The notes under the pieces were generated by a model. The model made no database searches and was not told the DNA's origin. It was given only the letters and a program-made list of their open reading frames with translations. This document shows positions 43,355 through 53,171 of a DNA stretch of 64,000 nt, one piece after another (positions within the stretch are counted from its first letter, which is position 1; each line of letters starts with the position of its first letter). A program made the translations under genes and the position numbers. Source of the stretch: a virus; IMG/VR virus record IMGVR_UViG_3300037089_000505, positions 79,948 to 143,947 of that record; one strand, 5' to 3'.

Positions 43355-43771
43355 ATGGAACTAATAATTTCAATCGGTCTCCCCGGCTCTGGCAAATCTA
43401 CTTACTATCGCACAGCGCTTGCGAAAAGTCACACACAAATCTCCAAGGATCTAATGAGCGGCTCTCCAACTAGAAAAAATCAGATTCAGATTGACATGAT
43501 TACTCAATCTCTAACTAAAGGATTGAATGCAGTAATCGACAATACTAGTGTCACAGCTGAAGTTCGGAGGCCTTTAATTGAGCTCGGCCACAAACTTGGC
43601 GCAAAGGTAATTGCGTATTACTTTCCGACTTCAGTCAAAGATTGTATTGCTCGCAATGCTCAGCGAACGGGTAGGGCTAAAGTACCAAATGTGGCTATCT
43701 ACACTATGGCAAAGAAGCTTCAAGGGCCAACAAAAGCTGAAGGCTTTGACGACATAATTACGATCAATTGA
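43355..43771 (+). CDS. P-loop polynucleotide kinase-like (AAA_33) protein
   Basis: GLPGSGKST, ISKD, VIDNT....R, C.ARN..R...VP and P...EGFD. Confidence 0.85.
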   Translation: MELIISIGLPGSGKSTYYRTALAKSHTQISKDLMSGSPTRKNQIQIDMITQSLTKGLNAVIDNTSVTAEVRRPLIELGHKLGAKVIAYYFPTSVKDCIARNAQRTGRAKVPNVAIYTMAKKLQGPTKAEGFDDIITIN

Positions 43772-44038
43772 GGCATCTATGAATGAAACTGATCATCCTA
43801 TTTTTCAAAGCTTGACTGATTTTAATTGGTATAAGTCTTCGCTAGACGTTGCCAGTCGTTACCATTTCCGCCACCGTGGAGAGCCTAAGAAATATCCTTG
43901 CAAGCTTCTTCACTCCGAATTTGATTCAGATTCTAACGGACCTGACGGTTATAATCATTCTTTCATTTACTTACAGGAAGTCAAGTGTCCGATGTGTGAA
44001 CACAAAGAGTTTGTGTGGCCACAAATTGAGGACGAAAC

Positions 44039-44569
44039 ATGAACCAAGAAAATACAAAAAAGCTTTTAGATCGATTCAATTTCTTTCAGCCCACTATGCA
44101 TAATCCAAGAAGATTTTGGGGCTTTGAATGCGGAGACGGTTGGTTTGAGTTGATTTGGAAGCTATGTGAAGATTTAGATGAAATGCGAAAGCATTTAATC
44201 ATTATTCCAGAAGATCCATTTCAGGCTCTTCAAGTCAAAGAAAAATTCGGCGGATTAAGATTTTACATCAATGGGTGTAGCAATGACATGTTCCAGCGAA
44301 TTCTCAAAGCTGAACATGATTCTTTTTCAATTTGTGAAAATTGCGGAAAGGCAGGCGAGCTCAGACCGGGCGGATGGGTTAAAACTCTTTGTGATGAATG
44401 CTGCGAAGCTCGCTATGTAGAAGATTGTAGCATGTGTCATTTGTGCCATGATCCAAACGAAGAAACTATTCAAGCTATTCAAGAAGCTCGTGGAAGCGAA
44501 AATATTTCTCCCGAGCCATTAGAGCCTATTGAAAAACTACTTGAGGACTATGATAAGAGGAATCCATGA
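44039..44569 (+). CDS. conserved phage hypothetical protein
   Basis: ECGDGWFELI, QVKEKFGGLRFY, CENCG and W..TLCDEC. Confidence 0.7.
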   Translation: MNQENTKKLLDRFNFFQPTMHNPRRFWGFECGDGWFELIWKLCEDLDEMRKHLIIIPEDPFQALQVKEKFGGLRFYINGCSNDMFQRILKAEHDSFSICENCGKAGELRPGGWVKTLCDECCEARYVEDCSMCHLCHDPNEETIQAIQEARGSENISPEPLEPIEKLLEDYDKRNP

Positions 44570-44935
44570 TCTTAGCGTTTAAACTAACAATGCCTGGTTC
44601 GCCAAGTTGGAATGGAAAATGGAGCGGCGAAGGTCGACTCTATGCACGAACTCGAACAGTCACAAAGAAAAAAGGCGAAGAGGTTTTGGGCGGATCTGAC
44701 AAGAAATTCTTCGGCTATCGCTGGTCTGATGGTTGGTTTGCTAGTGTTGAAGTTGAACAAGTGAACAGCAACGAAAAAAGAAAACTCACAAAAGATTCAG
44801 TTGGATTTGCTAGCTATGATTGGATGATAGATTCAATTCTAACTCACGGCAAAATCTTAGCCTCTTAGCTTTTTCAAAAACGTACCAAACATTGGCAGTA
44901 AAGACGCAAAGATAAAAGCGAAGGAGGGACCGCTA

Positions 44936-45148
44936 ATGAGTGATTTCAATGTTGAAGATGATCTAGTATATAAGGTGTCCGATGGCGACCCAGATACTGA
45001 CGACAGCGATGATTTGGATCCATCCGATTTTCCTGATTTCGACATTCCAGATGATTTTGATCCCGATGATGACGATGCTTTCGATGACGACAACGTCCTT
45101 GATGATTTTGAGGATGACGATATCGACATCGATATAGACGAGCAGTAA
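44936..45148 (+). CDS. hyper-acidic small protein
   Basis: 35 of 70 residues are D/E; SD AAGGAGG; own AAGATAA motif and terminator. Confidence 0.75.
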   Translation: MSDFNVEDDLVYKVSDGDPDTDDSDDLDPSDFPDFDIPDDFDPDDDDAFDDDNVLDDFEDDDIDIDIDEQ

Positions 45149-45162
45149 AAACAAAACAATTG

Positions 45163-45186
45163 GCCAGCTTTGTCGCTGGCTTTTTT
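45163..45186 (+). terminator. intrinsic terminator
   Basis: GCCAGC-TTTGTC-GCTGGC-T6. Confidence 0.8.
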
Positions 45187-46550
45187 GTGTGTAGTAAGAA
45201 AGATAATTCTATGGCAAGAGCAGTAAAGAGATTAGTCGTCGGTCAACAATATATAGATAAATCGCCAAGTGTACCAAAGGCCTTTTTCTTAATAAAAGTT
45301 AAATATATTGATAAACGTACTCGCCGACCAGCTATAAGTCGATTAGCTAAAATAACTCGTAAAGGTGTCACTTCAGACATATACCCTTTGAGTGGCGGCT
45401 ATGAGTTTCAAGATGACGCTCATACCAAACGCACATACAACAAACATGAGTTCATCAAATTCATTTACAAAAAAATAGATACGGAGTTTTAATATGAAGA
45501 AGCTATTATTAACCTTAGCCTTATTATTAGTAGCAGCAATAAGTTTTGCTACTTCAACTGTTACCGACTGGAGCAAATATTGGACTAATAGACTCACTAC
45601 TGTCGGCGTAGTAGCTGGCGTAACTAAAGTCAATGCGTTATATTTAGTGAACTTTGTAGGAACACCAACAAATAACGAACTTAGAATAATAGTAACCTGT
45701 AGTGATCCTACTGTTGTGTTTACTAAGTATGATAATATAGCTATATCAGCCGCTATCATAAAGAATTTGAGTGCCATCAAAACATATAATGGATTGACAA
45801 CAATATACATAGTCACTTTTCCTTACACGAGAGCTATGTTTGTCAAAGATTTATTAGCACCACCGAAGAAACAAAATTTAATGAGTATAACGGTATTAAA
45901 AGATGAAACCCAAAAAAAGAAATAATACTCGAAAACCTCGAACGACACTACCAGCAGCACCAGTCATTGTTCAACTTCAACAACCGCCAGCTCTCATTGA
46001 AGAAAAAAAGTCTCCTCTTAGAAATTTATTTGAAAAGTGGATTGCTCCTCTTATCTTAGCAATTATTGTGGCAGCTGTTAGCTACACATTTTTAGATCGA
46101 CTAACTAAAGTTGAAAATATTCTGGCCGATTTACAAAAAACTGTAACTGAATTAGATACTAGTTATTCCAAAGACTCTGAAACTAAAGGGTCGATGGCTG
46201 CTGACGTTAAGCAATTAGATAGATGTTGGCATCTTGAAGGACGAAGATGATTTATTACCACAAGAGCGATAAAGAATGGTATGAAACATGGGCGTGGCCG
46301 AAAGCTGACGTTCAAATTTATGTAGAAACACTAGGCCACGTGAGTGCTTCATTTAAGCGTTCTCTTATTATTGATGAATGGAATTATGAATATATAGTTT
46401 CTCACTTTGATTATGAAGAAGAACGTTTCGTTCAAGCCGCTGATCATCAATTAGAAACACTTGTTAAAATGATCTTCAATCCAAAATGGACTATCGAAGA
46501 TCAAAGACCCGCAAAATAGCATATTTTATTTCATTAAGGAAGTAATATAA

Positions 46551-47459
46551 ATGTCGACTAATATACCTGTAATTAACGTCAAAGGAAAAACTTTACCTGA
46601 AGCTTATGAAAAAGCAATCATGGCTCTTTATGATAATGGTTGCCGTATGAAGACTCAATATGATAATCCAGATTCGCCACCTTCAATAGATGCTACTGCC
46701 AACATCACAATTGAAGATCCCGAGGCTGAGCCCATGATTTATAAATTCTTTCCGGGCGGAATTGAAGACCTTCATGAATACGTGATTGAACTTCAGGGAG
46801 CTAAAAATCATTGGGTCAGGGCTATGGACGATCCAAATGACAAACGATGGGAATATACTTACAATCAAAGGTTGACTAAGTGGGGCGAGTGGAAAGAAAA
46901 GTCGGGCCAGATGACGCCCACATATACTGCAAAAGCATTTGAACAAAATGGTCCAATTAATCAAATCAAGTTAGCTGTCAAGAAATTGATCGAAACGCCA
47001 CATTCGCGAAGAGTTCAAGCAATCACTTGGATGCCTTTTATAGATAATGAAGTAAGTGATCCGCCATGTCTACAGTCGATGTGGTTTAGAATGCTCAAAG
47101 AAGATGATGTTTATTACCTTAACTCTAATATTCGATTTAGAAGTAATGACGCGTGGGGAGCTGCATTTCTAAACATGTTTGGTCTCACTATGTTCATTCG
47201 AAAGGAAGTAGCCAATCCAATTGCAGTTGGTCTAAACGCAACTGTAAAACTAGGAAGAATCAATTGGCAAGCTGATAGTTTTCACATATATGGAAAAGAC
47301 ATTAAAGGCGTAGAGCAAAAATTGCTTCCAAGACTCTCCCCCTATAGTTTTAATGATAGAGTTTGGAACTTTAATGATCCTATAGTGCAAGATATCTGGA
47401 AAGACGCTAAAGATGAAGTTTTGAACAAAATAAAAGAATACGACAAAACTCACCAATGA
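46551..47459 (+). CDS. thyA: thymidylate synthase (ThyA family)
   Basis: YTY..R, SRR, PPCLQ, FRSND....A..N (Asn at the dUMP-specificity position) and SFHIY. Confidence 0.85.
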   Translation: MSTNIPVINVKGKTLPEAYEKAIMALYDNGCRMKTQYDNPDSPPSIDATANITIEDPEAEPMIYKFFPGGIEDLHEYVIELQGAKNHWVRAMDDPNDKRWEYTYNQRLTKWGEWKEKSGQMTPTYTAKAFEQNGPINQIKLAVKKLIETPHSRRVQAITWMPFIDNEVSDPPCLQSMWFRMLKEDDVYYLNSNIRFRSNDAWGAAFLNMFGLTMFIRKEVANPIAVGLNATVKLGRINWQADSFHIYGKDIKGVEQKLLPRLSPYSFNDRVWNFNDPIVQDIWKDAKDEVLNKIKEYDKTHQ

Positions 47460-48109
47460 CAGGAATTTATATACTAACAAACAAAATAAACAATAAAAAA
47501 TACGTGGGACAAAGTGTAAATATAGACCTAAGAAATAAACGACACCATAAGGACTCTATAATCGATCGGGCAGTCAGGAAGTATGGTCGCATTAATTTTT
47601 CAATAGAAAAATTTGCTTGCTCTGAAAATAACTTAGATTGGTTAGAAAAAGAGTGGATTAAATACTTAGATTGTTTAATACCAAAAGGCTATAATATTCT
47701 TGAGGGCGGCCAAAATAATAAACACCATCTTACAAAAAATCAGAAAGAAAATTTAAGCTTAAAATTAAAAGGCGTAAGAAAATCAGAAATTACTCGGCTG
47801 TCAATGAAAGAAAATCATGCCGATTTTTCGGGAGAGAAAAACCCTATGTTTGGTAAAAAACAATCTGAAAAAACAAAAAGTGAGATTAGAGAAAAGAACA
47901 AAGACAAAACTTTTTCTAATGAAGCTCTTTCAAAAATGAGCGTCTCTGCAAAAGTTCGGACCAAAAGATCTTCAAGAGATGAAAAAGGTAGATATTGCCA
48001 AAAGCCAATAGAAATTATAGCTAAAACACCAGGGGCCATTAGGAAGATTGAATATTCTGGCTCAGCCGCAGTTGAGGTAGAAACCTTTGGCAACCAAGGA
48101 ACTAACTAA
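47456..48109 (+). CDS. GIY-YIG homing endonuclease with NUMOD3-like repeats
   Basis: GIYILTNKINNKKYVGQS..R, E..WI..GYN and GEKNPMFGKKQSEKTK. Confidence 0.9.
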   Translation: MTGIYILTNKINNKKYVGQSVNIDLRNKRHHKDSIIDRAVRKYGRINFSIEKFACSENNLDWLEKEWIKYLDCLIPKGYNILEGGQNNKHHLTKNQKENLSLKLKGVRKSEITRLSMKENHADFSGEKNPMFGKKQSEKTKSEIREKNKDKTFSNEALSKMSVSAKVRTKRSSRDEKGRYCQKPIEIIAKTPGAIRKIEYSGSAAVEVETFGNQGTN

Positions 48110-48462
48110 ACGACTTCTTAGGGGTCTAGGTACTTGTGAGAGCTGTAAGTTCGGTATTAAAATAGAGTTTTGGACTAACATAAAATGGCCAGCTCATTCA
48201 AACCCAGGTAATTGGAAAATAGAAAAAGACGGTTATTCTTGTCTTAAGAAAGAGAGCCCAGAAATTGATAGAATCTTTTGTGAGACAGAGTGGGAAAAAC
48301 ACGACATTGAACCTTCAAAAGAATTTATGGGAGCATCTTCAAATGAGAGGTATGCAATAAGAACTACGTTTAATCGCAATCTTTTAAACCAAAGAAGGTT
48401 CTGTAAAAGAATTGATGACCTTAGGTATAGTGCTCACGATTATCTTAAATGGAAAGAAGAAA

Positions 48463-48783
48463 ATGACAATTAATGATTTTCTATTTGAAGTAAAAAATGC
48501 ACTTAATAAGTTAAACGACGAAGATAAAGACTACATAAAGTCTACTAAAGATGGCGGCGAATTACACTTCAGTCTTGGAATGTGGCTTCGAAATAATTGG
48601 AACTTATGGCGTGGTGGCCCAATGGTAGATTTCTTTAAAGAGCATGGAATTTGGCATGCCGACGACATGAGCGCAATTATACTTTGTTCCTATACGCGAA
48701 TGCTTAAGAACGAAGATGTAAAATTTGAGGAACAAGTCCAATTCTATAAAGACTATTGGGCTAAAAATAAGGTACAAGAATAA
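48463..48783 (+). CDS. DUF6794-like protein
   Basis: HFSLGMWLRNNW.LW...GI.HADDMS.IIL. Confidence 0.6.
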   Translation: MTINDFLFEVKNALNKLNDEDKDYIKSTKDGGELHFSLGMWLRNNWNLWRGGPMVDFFKEHGIWHADDMSAIILCSYTRMLKNEDVKFEEQVQFYKDYWAKNKVQE

Positions 48784-50544
48784 ATGACTCTACAAGAAGC
48801 AGAAAGATTTGTCGGCAAAGAAGTCAACTATATGAATTTGACTGGCGTCTTACAAAGAGTAAGCGAATTAAATAACACCCAGATGATTCTTGGTTATACT
48901 GATAATGGCATTGTAATCAACATAGTTCTTTATAGGTGCAAAGATGAAAAGGGTGATTGGGTAGACATCGAACAACTACCAAAGGAAGCATAATGGACTT
49001 TAATAAATTTCCCGTAAGCAAAGAACCATTTACGAAAACATTTACTGATGAGCAAAAAATAGATTGGCCAGAAAATTTGAGTGCTCGATTAAAGAGTTGG
49101 ATGATTCTTCTTATGCAGTCAAAAGCTGATGAACTAGGCATCACTGAAGATAATTTAGACTTCATGTATATGTTTAAGCTCGAAGATAATTACGGCGTCA
49201 TTGCACGTTGGAGAAAGACACCAGACAGACCAATTACAGTCAAGATGCCATTTGATTTGATCAAGACGGCTTATAGTTGGAAATTGACAATAGAAGAATA
49301 TTTTTCGCCAGTCTAATAACTCTATTCACTACCATGTTTTCCGCCGCCGAATATAATGTCTATTAATTTAAGCTTAGCGTAGCGTGGAATTTTGCTTGAG
49401 GAATTTATAAATTTTACAGCAGGGTTGTTGCCAAGGCTATCTACGTCGTGCCCGCCGCCACTAAAACCACCATCTGCATAATAAGCAACAAAATAATAGC
49501 CAAAGTCTTTTGTATCTATACCATAGCCCGGACTTTGGATGCCATTATCGGTTTGCCATCCATAAATAAAGAGTCTCATTTTAATTATCTTTGCATATAT
49601 AATCCTGTTATGACTCCTATTGAAAATGAAGTTTATGTAATAGATGTGTTGAAAGCAGCTAAACTATTGGGGAAAGAAGGAACGCCTAAAGTGGCTCAAC
49701 TATTTTTCCTCTACAAAGATTTTAAAGATGGCGATTTCGTTTTCAAGGAGAAAGAGGCAGATAAAAAGATATATGAAGTTAGAGTAACACCTGATCAACT
49801 TCAAAAACTCATTAAACTTAAAGCAATATCCAAAGCAGAAAAAGGACCAGATAGAACGAAAACACTTCTATCACTAATGTAACAAAGAAAAGGAGAAAGA
49901 CAATGATAACGATTCCAGAATTGATCAAGAAAGACAGAGAGGTTAAGAGGACCCCAATCGGCAAGATCGCAATCCGCGATTTGGTTGGTAACAAGAAAAG
50001 GGTTTTCGGTGGTGGCAAAATTACAATCGAGTCACTAATTCGCAAAGAAGGCCGTGAGCCAGGCGGTGAACCATACGGTTATAAGATCTAGCCTGATGGT
50101 AATTGTGGTCGCTTCTCTCAAGATAACTAAGAAGCGACCACAATAGAGAGGACACTAATGACACAGGATATGTATAATTTACTTAAGCAGATAGACGAAG
50201 AGACCAAGCCCACTGGCAAAAAGAAATTGAACGAGGCTAAAGGCGGCGATCCTAGAAAAATAGCAAAGAAGATTTTTATAGAATTAATGGATCCCGATAT
50301 TGTCGAGGGCGGAATGGAAAACATGGAAGACAATCTAGACGATGTGATGGTTGGAAGCGATCCAAATAGTCCAGAAAGCTCAGCGCTTCGAAAAGAAGTT
50401 AAGAAAGCCATAATGGACTATATTAAACAGACCAAAGCTTTTATAAAAACTTTGAAATAATTTCTAACTTATCCGCATAAGTAATAAGATAAAACAAACA
50501 CAAGTTTCGAAGTAGAGTTATACTTCAAACTGAAGAAGGAGCAA

Positions 50545-50622
50545 ATGACAAAACTTTCTTGGCCGATCAGACACCCCATATACCCAGTAGCAGCCTTTAA
50601 TTATGAAGGAGAAGGTGTGTAG
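50545..50622 (+). CDS. leader peptide 2 MTKLSWPIRHPIYPVAAFNYEGEGV
   Basis: SD AAGGAG at 50536-50541; promoter TTCGAA-N7-TATACT at 50506-50524; stop codon is part of the antiterminator. Confidence 0.8.
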   Translation: MTKLSWPIRHPIYPVAAFNYEGEGV

Positions 50623-50689
50623 CAGGCGCGGCTGACTTTGTCACTTGGAAAGCCCCCTGCTAGGTTCAAACCTGGTAGAGGGCTTTTTT
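50620..50689 (+). promoter_or_regulatory. attenuator 2: alternative antiterminator and intrinsic terminator
   Basis: terminator AAGCCC-C-CTGCTAGG-TTCAAA-CCTGGTAG-A-GGGCTT-T4; competing TAGCAGG..GGCT (50620-50633) pairs with AGCC-C-CCTGCTA (50651-50662). Confidence 0.8.
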
Positions 50690-50893
50690 ATTGCCCGGAA
50701 ATCGGGGAGAAGTTAAGGCCTGGTCAATCAATGAGAATGACCTGAGAGCCGCTTTATTGACAAACAGTGAACTTAGGCCAGAGGCACGGTAAAACGGAGT
50801 CGTTACCTAATTCACTCATATCGTATTCCTAAAGGGAATACGGCTAGACAATTAGTAATTAATCAGGGGCTCAGTGCACTAGACTGGGTCCCT
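50690..50893 (+). ncRNA. candidate structured non-coding RNA
   Basis: stems CCCG/CGGG, GTCAAT/ATTGAC, GTGAA..TTAGG/CCTAA.TTCAC, CGTATTCC/GGAATACG and GGGGCTCAGT/ACTGGGTCCC. Confidence 0.5.
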
Positions 50894-50899
50894 TCTATT

Positions 50900-50971
50900 C
50901 AGGGTGTGGCCTAGTGGTAAGGCGCGACGTTCGGGACGTCGACATCGGTGGTCCGAATCCACTCACCCTGA
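50900..50971 (+). tRNA. tRNA-Pro(CGG)
   Basis: CAGGGTG/CACCCTG; CGACG-TT CGG GA-CGTCG; T-loop TCCGAAT. Confidence 0.9.
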
Positions 50972-50975
50972 CTTT

Positions 50976-51050
50976 CGGGATGTAGACCAGTTGGTAGGTC
51001 GCCTGCGTTGGAAGCAGGACGTCGCGGCGGTCCGAATCCGCCCATCCCGA
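50976..51050 (+). tRNA. tRNA-Pro(TGG), atypical loop (G32, A37)
   Basis: CGGGATG/CATCCCG; CCTGC-GT TGG AA-GCAGG; T-loop TCCGAAT. Confidence 0.8.
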
Positions 51051-51104
51051 AATCGAGACTCAAGCTTTCGACTCGAACCCGCAAGATAATTTTAGGAGTC
51101 GAAA

Positions 51105-51482
51105 ATGAGTCAAACAAAAGATAAGCATCACGAATATATGGTTGAACGTCTCAAAGATGTCGAAGCTCGTAATAGAAGAAATAAGATACATAATGAAAGA
51201 AGACGCGAATTAAAACAATGGTTTTTTGATTATAAGAGTAAACTGAAATGTATCAAGTGTGGCGAAAATCCACATCCTGTTGCTATGGATTTTCATCATC
51301 CAAATCGCGATAATGAAAAAGGAATTTACAAACTGAAAATTCGCTCAGATAGAACAGAACTTCTAAAAGAGCTTAGTAAATGTATCCCAGTCTGCGCCAA
51401 TTGTCATAGAATAATACATTGGGAAGACAAAACACTAGGTAGAAGTCGTAAGAACTTAATGGTCCCATCGAATATCAGCTAG
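51105..51482 (+). CDS. HNH endonuclease in the tRNA cluster
   Basis: CIKCGE...DFHH...KC.PVCANCHRIIH. Confidence 0.85.
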   Translation: MSQTKDKHHEYMVERLKDVEARNRRNKIHNERRRELKQWFFDYKSKLKCIKCGENPHPVAMDFHHPNRDNEKGIYKLKIRSDRTELLKELSKCIPVCANCHRIIHWEDKTLGRSRKNLMVPSNIS

Positions 51483-51532
51483 TTCGCCAGCCCTTCAAGT
51501 TGGAGAAGGCGGGTCGGCACCGCCTGGGACTA
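51461..51532 (+). tRNA. tRNA-Glu(TTC), C33, atypical D/T loops
   Basis: GGTCCCA/TGGGACT; CCAGC-CC TTC AA-GTTGG; GGCGG/CCGCC T-stem. Confidence 0.78.
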
Positions 51533-51536
51533 TACA

Positions 51537-51692
51537 TGCTGCTGAACGGTTCGAAAAGACATTGAACGTTATGGCCCGCTTATTTAAAAGCCGTCTATAA
51601 AATCAGTCTCCTGCTCTATCCCCTAGTCAGCCGAAGGGCTTCTTAGGCCTCTCAGGTCATGAGCAAGGATGGTTCTAGATAAGTAAGTAGCA
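51537..51692 (+). ncRNA. candidate rod-shaped structured RNA
   Basis: nested pairs TGCTGCT/AGTAGCA, GCTTATTTA/TAGATAAGT, AGCCGTCT/GGATGGTT, TGCTC/GAGCA, CCTAG/TTAGG and AGCC/GGCT. Confidence 0.6.
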
Positions 51693-51698
51693 TTTCTT

Positions 51699-51783
51699 GG
51701 GAGAGCGGCGAAGTTGGAGAGTCGCGGGAGTCCGTAAAATTCTTGCCGTTCGGCTGAGTCGGGTTCGAATCCCACCTCTCCCA
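51699..51783 (+). tRNA. tRNA-Tyr(GTA), C33
   Basis: GGGAGAG/CTCTCCC-A; GGAGT-CC GTA AA-ATTCT; variable arm GCCG-TT-CGGC. Confidence 0.85.
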
Positions 51784-51791
51784 TATTTCAT

Positions 51792-51858
51792 GCGTCGGTG
51801 GGTGAGTGGTCAATGCCGGCCGTAACCCGGCTGCCTCGAGCGGAGTTGGGTTCTCCAA
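51792..51858 (+). pseudogene. degenerate tRNA-Tyr-like remnant
   Basis: 5' GCGTCGGT identical to the tRNA at 52198; GCCGG-CC GTA AC-CCGGC arm; no 3' acceptor strand. Confidence 0.5.
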
Positions 51859-51874
51859 TATACAAGATAATATT

Positions 51875-52207
51875 ATGAAAATGAAATTTGAAGATTTAAA
51901 GACAGGCCAAATTGGCCATGCTACTTATGGGCAGTTATCTTATTATTTGTATGTCAAACAGAAAACTGCTAACTCTGTGTTAATCTGGACTAACTTCAGA
52001 GACGCACTCAAAAAGAATACGCCGCCTAACTTATTACCACCAGCAATGTTGAGTAGTCCAAAACCAACAAAATTCATTTACGAATTGAATAATAACGAAT
52101 GGCATCAAAGCTATTTTATTACATTCAAGCCTTCTAAGTCGATTAAGAAACTAATCATTGATATTTGGGAAGATCCACCAGATGGTCTTTCTCTCCTGCG
52201 TCGGTAG
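51875..52207 (+). CDS. hypothetical protein with LIIDIW motif
   Basis: AAGATAA-N4-ATG start; stop lies inside the next tRNA. Confidence 0.6.
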   Translation: MKMKFEDLKTGQIGHATYGQLSYYLYVKQKTANSVLIWTNFRDALKKNTPPNLLPPAMLSSPKPTKFIYELNNNEWHQSYFITFKPSKSIKKLIIDIWEDPPDGLSLLRR

Positions 52208-52279
52208 TGTAGCGGCGAGCACAAGTGCCTGTAAAGCACCCACAAAGAAACACCGTTGGTTCGAGTCCAACCCGGCGCA
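52198..52279 (+). tRNA. tRNA-Tyr(GTA) with unpaired long variable region
   Basis: GCGTCGG/CCGGCGC-A; GTGC-CT GTA AA-GCAC; GTTGG-TTCGAGT-CCAAC. Confidence 0.75.
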
Positions 52280-52307
52280 TACTTAAAAGTGAGAATATTA
52301 AAAACTT

Positions 52308-52380
52308 CCGGCGGCAGCTTAGGTGGTCAAGCAACGGTCTGAAGAACCGAAGAGCGCCCGTTCAAATCGGGCCCGCCGGA
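52308..52380 (+). tRNA. tRNA-Phe(GAA)
   Basis: CCGGCGG/CCGCCGG-A; CGGT-CT GAA GA-ACCG. Confidence 0.88.
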
Positions 52381-52385
52381 CTTAC

Positions 52386-53162
52386 ATGAGAAAATATTTA
52401 AGACAAAAGAAAGAGTGCTCAACTTGTCATCGACTGATTAGTTTGTCAAATTTTGAAAGACACGTTCATACAAATAAAGTTCACATTCACTTAGATGCAT
52501 CTTGGCTCAAAGAGAGTGGTCTTTATTCATGTCCTTACTGTCAAAAAGAATTTGTGAAAAAGGGTATTTCAACTCACATTTGGAAAAATCATGGAGAAGG
52601 CATAGATAAGTCGCCTATAACTAAAGGTAGTGGTTTTGAACCTTGGAACAAAGGTCAAACTAAAGAGACTAATAAGAAAATAGCTGAATATAGTCAGACA
52701 TTAAAAGATTTTATTAAAACGAATGGTCATACTTGGCTAGGGCGACATCTCGAAGAAGAACACAAACAAAAAATTAGTAAGAAGCTTTCAATAAACAACA
52801 AAGGTGGTCGCTGTAGTTGGTTTGAGGTTGAAGGACAAAAAGTTCAAGGCACATGGGAAAAGAATTTAGCTGAACACATGACAAAGTTAAAAATTACTTG
52901 GCAAAAACTAAAAGTGAATAACTATACTTTGAAATTCATAGACGATGAAAATAAAGTGAGAAGTTATACGCCAGATTTCCTTATCGAAAATACACACCTA
53001 CTTGAAGTCAAAGGTTTTTGGTGGGGAGATGATGAAAGAAAAATGCAGCTCGTTTTAGAACAAACAGTAACTAAAATTCTCGTTATAAGAAAACAAAAAT
53101 ATAAGGACCTTCTAAAAATTGAAAATAGAGAAGTTTTCTTAAGCTTTTTGCTGTCGGACTAA
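52386..53162 (+). CDS. PD-(D/E)xK homing-type endonuclease with Zn fingers
   Basis: CxxC..H fingers, PWNKG.TKET, GTWE and YTPDF...LEVKGFW. Confidence 0.8.
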   Translation: MRKYLRQKKECSTCHRLISLSNFERHVHTNKVHIHLDASWLKESGLYSCPYCQKEFVKKGISTHIWKNHGEGIDKSPITKGSGFEPWNKGQTKETNKKIAEYSQTLKDFIKTNGHTWLGRHLEEEHKQKISKKLSINNKGGRCSWFEVEGQKVQGTWEKNLAEHMTKLKITWQKLKVNNYTLKFIDDENKVRSYTPDFLIENTHLLEVKGFWWGDDERKMQLVLEQTVTKILVIRKQKYKDLLKIENREVFLSFLLSD

Positions 53163-53171
53163 GGAACAAAA

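Noticed and set aside
46551-47459. dCMP hydroxymethylase (modified-cytosine pathway)
   Set aside because: Asn rather than Asp at the specificity position points to a dUMP substrate; a dUMP hydroxymethylase cannot be fully excluded without a phylogeny
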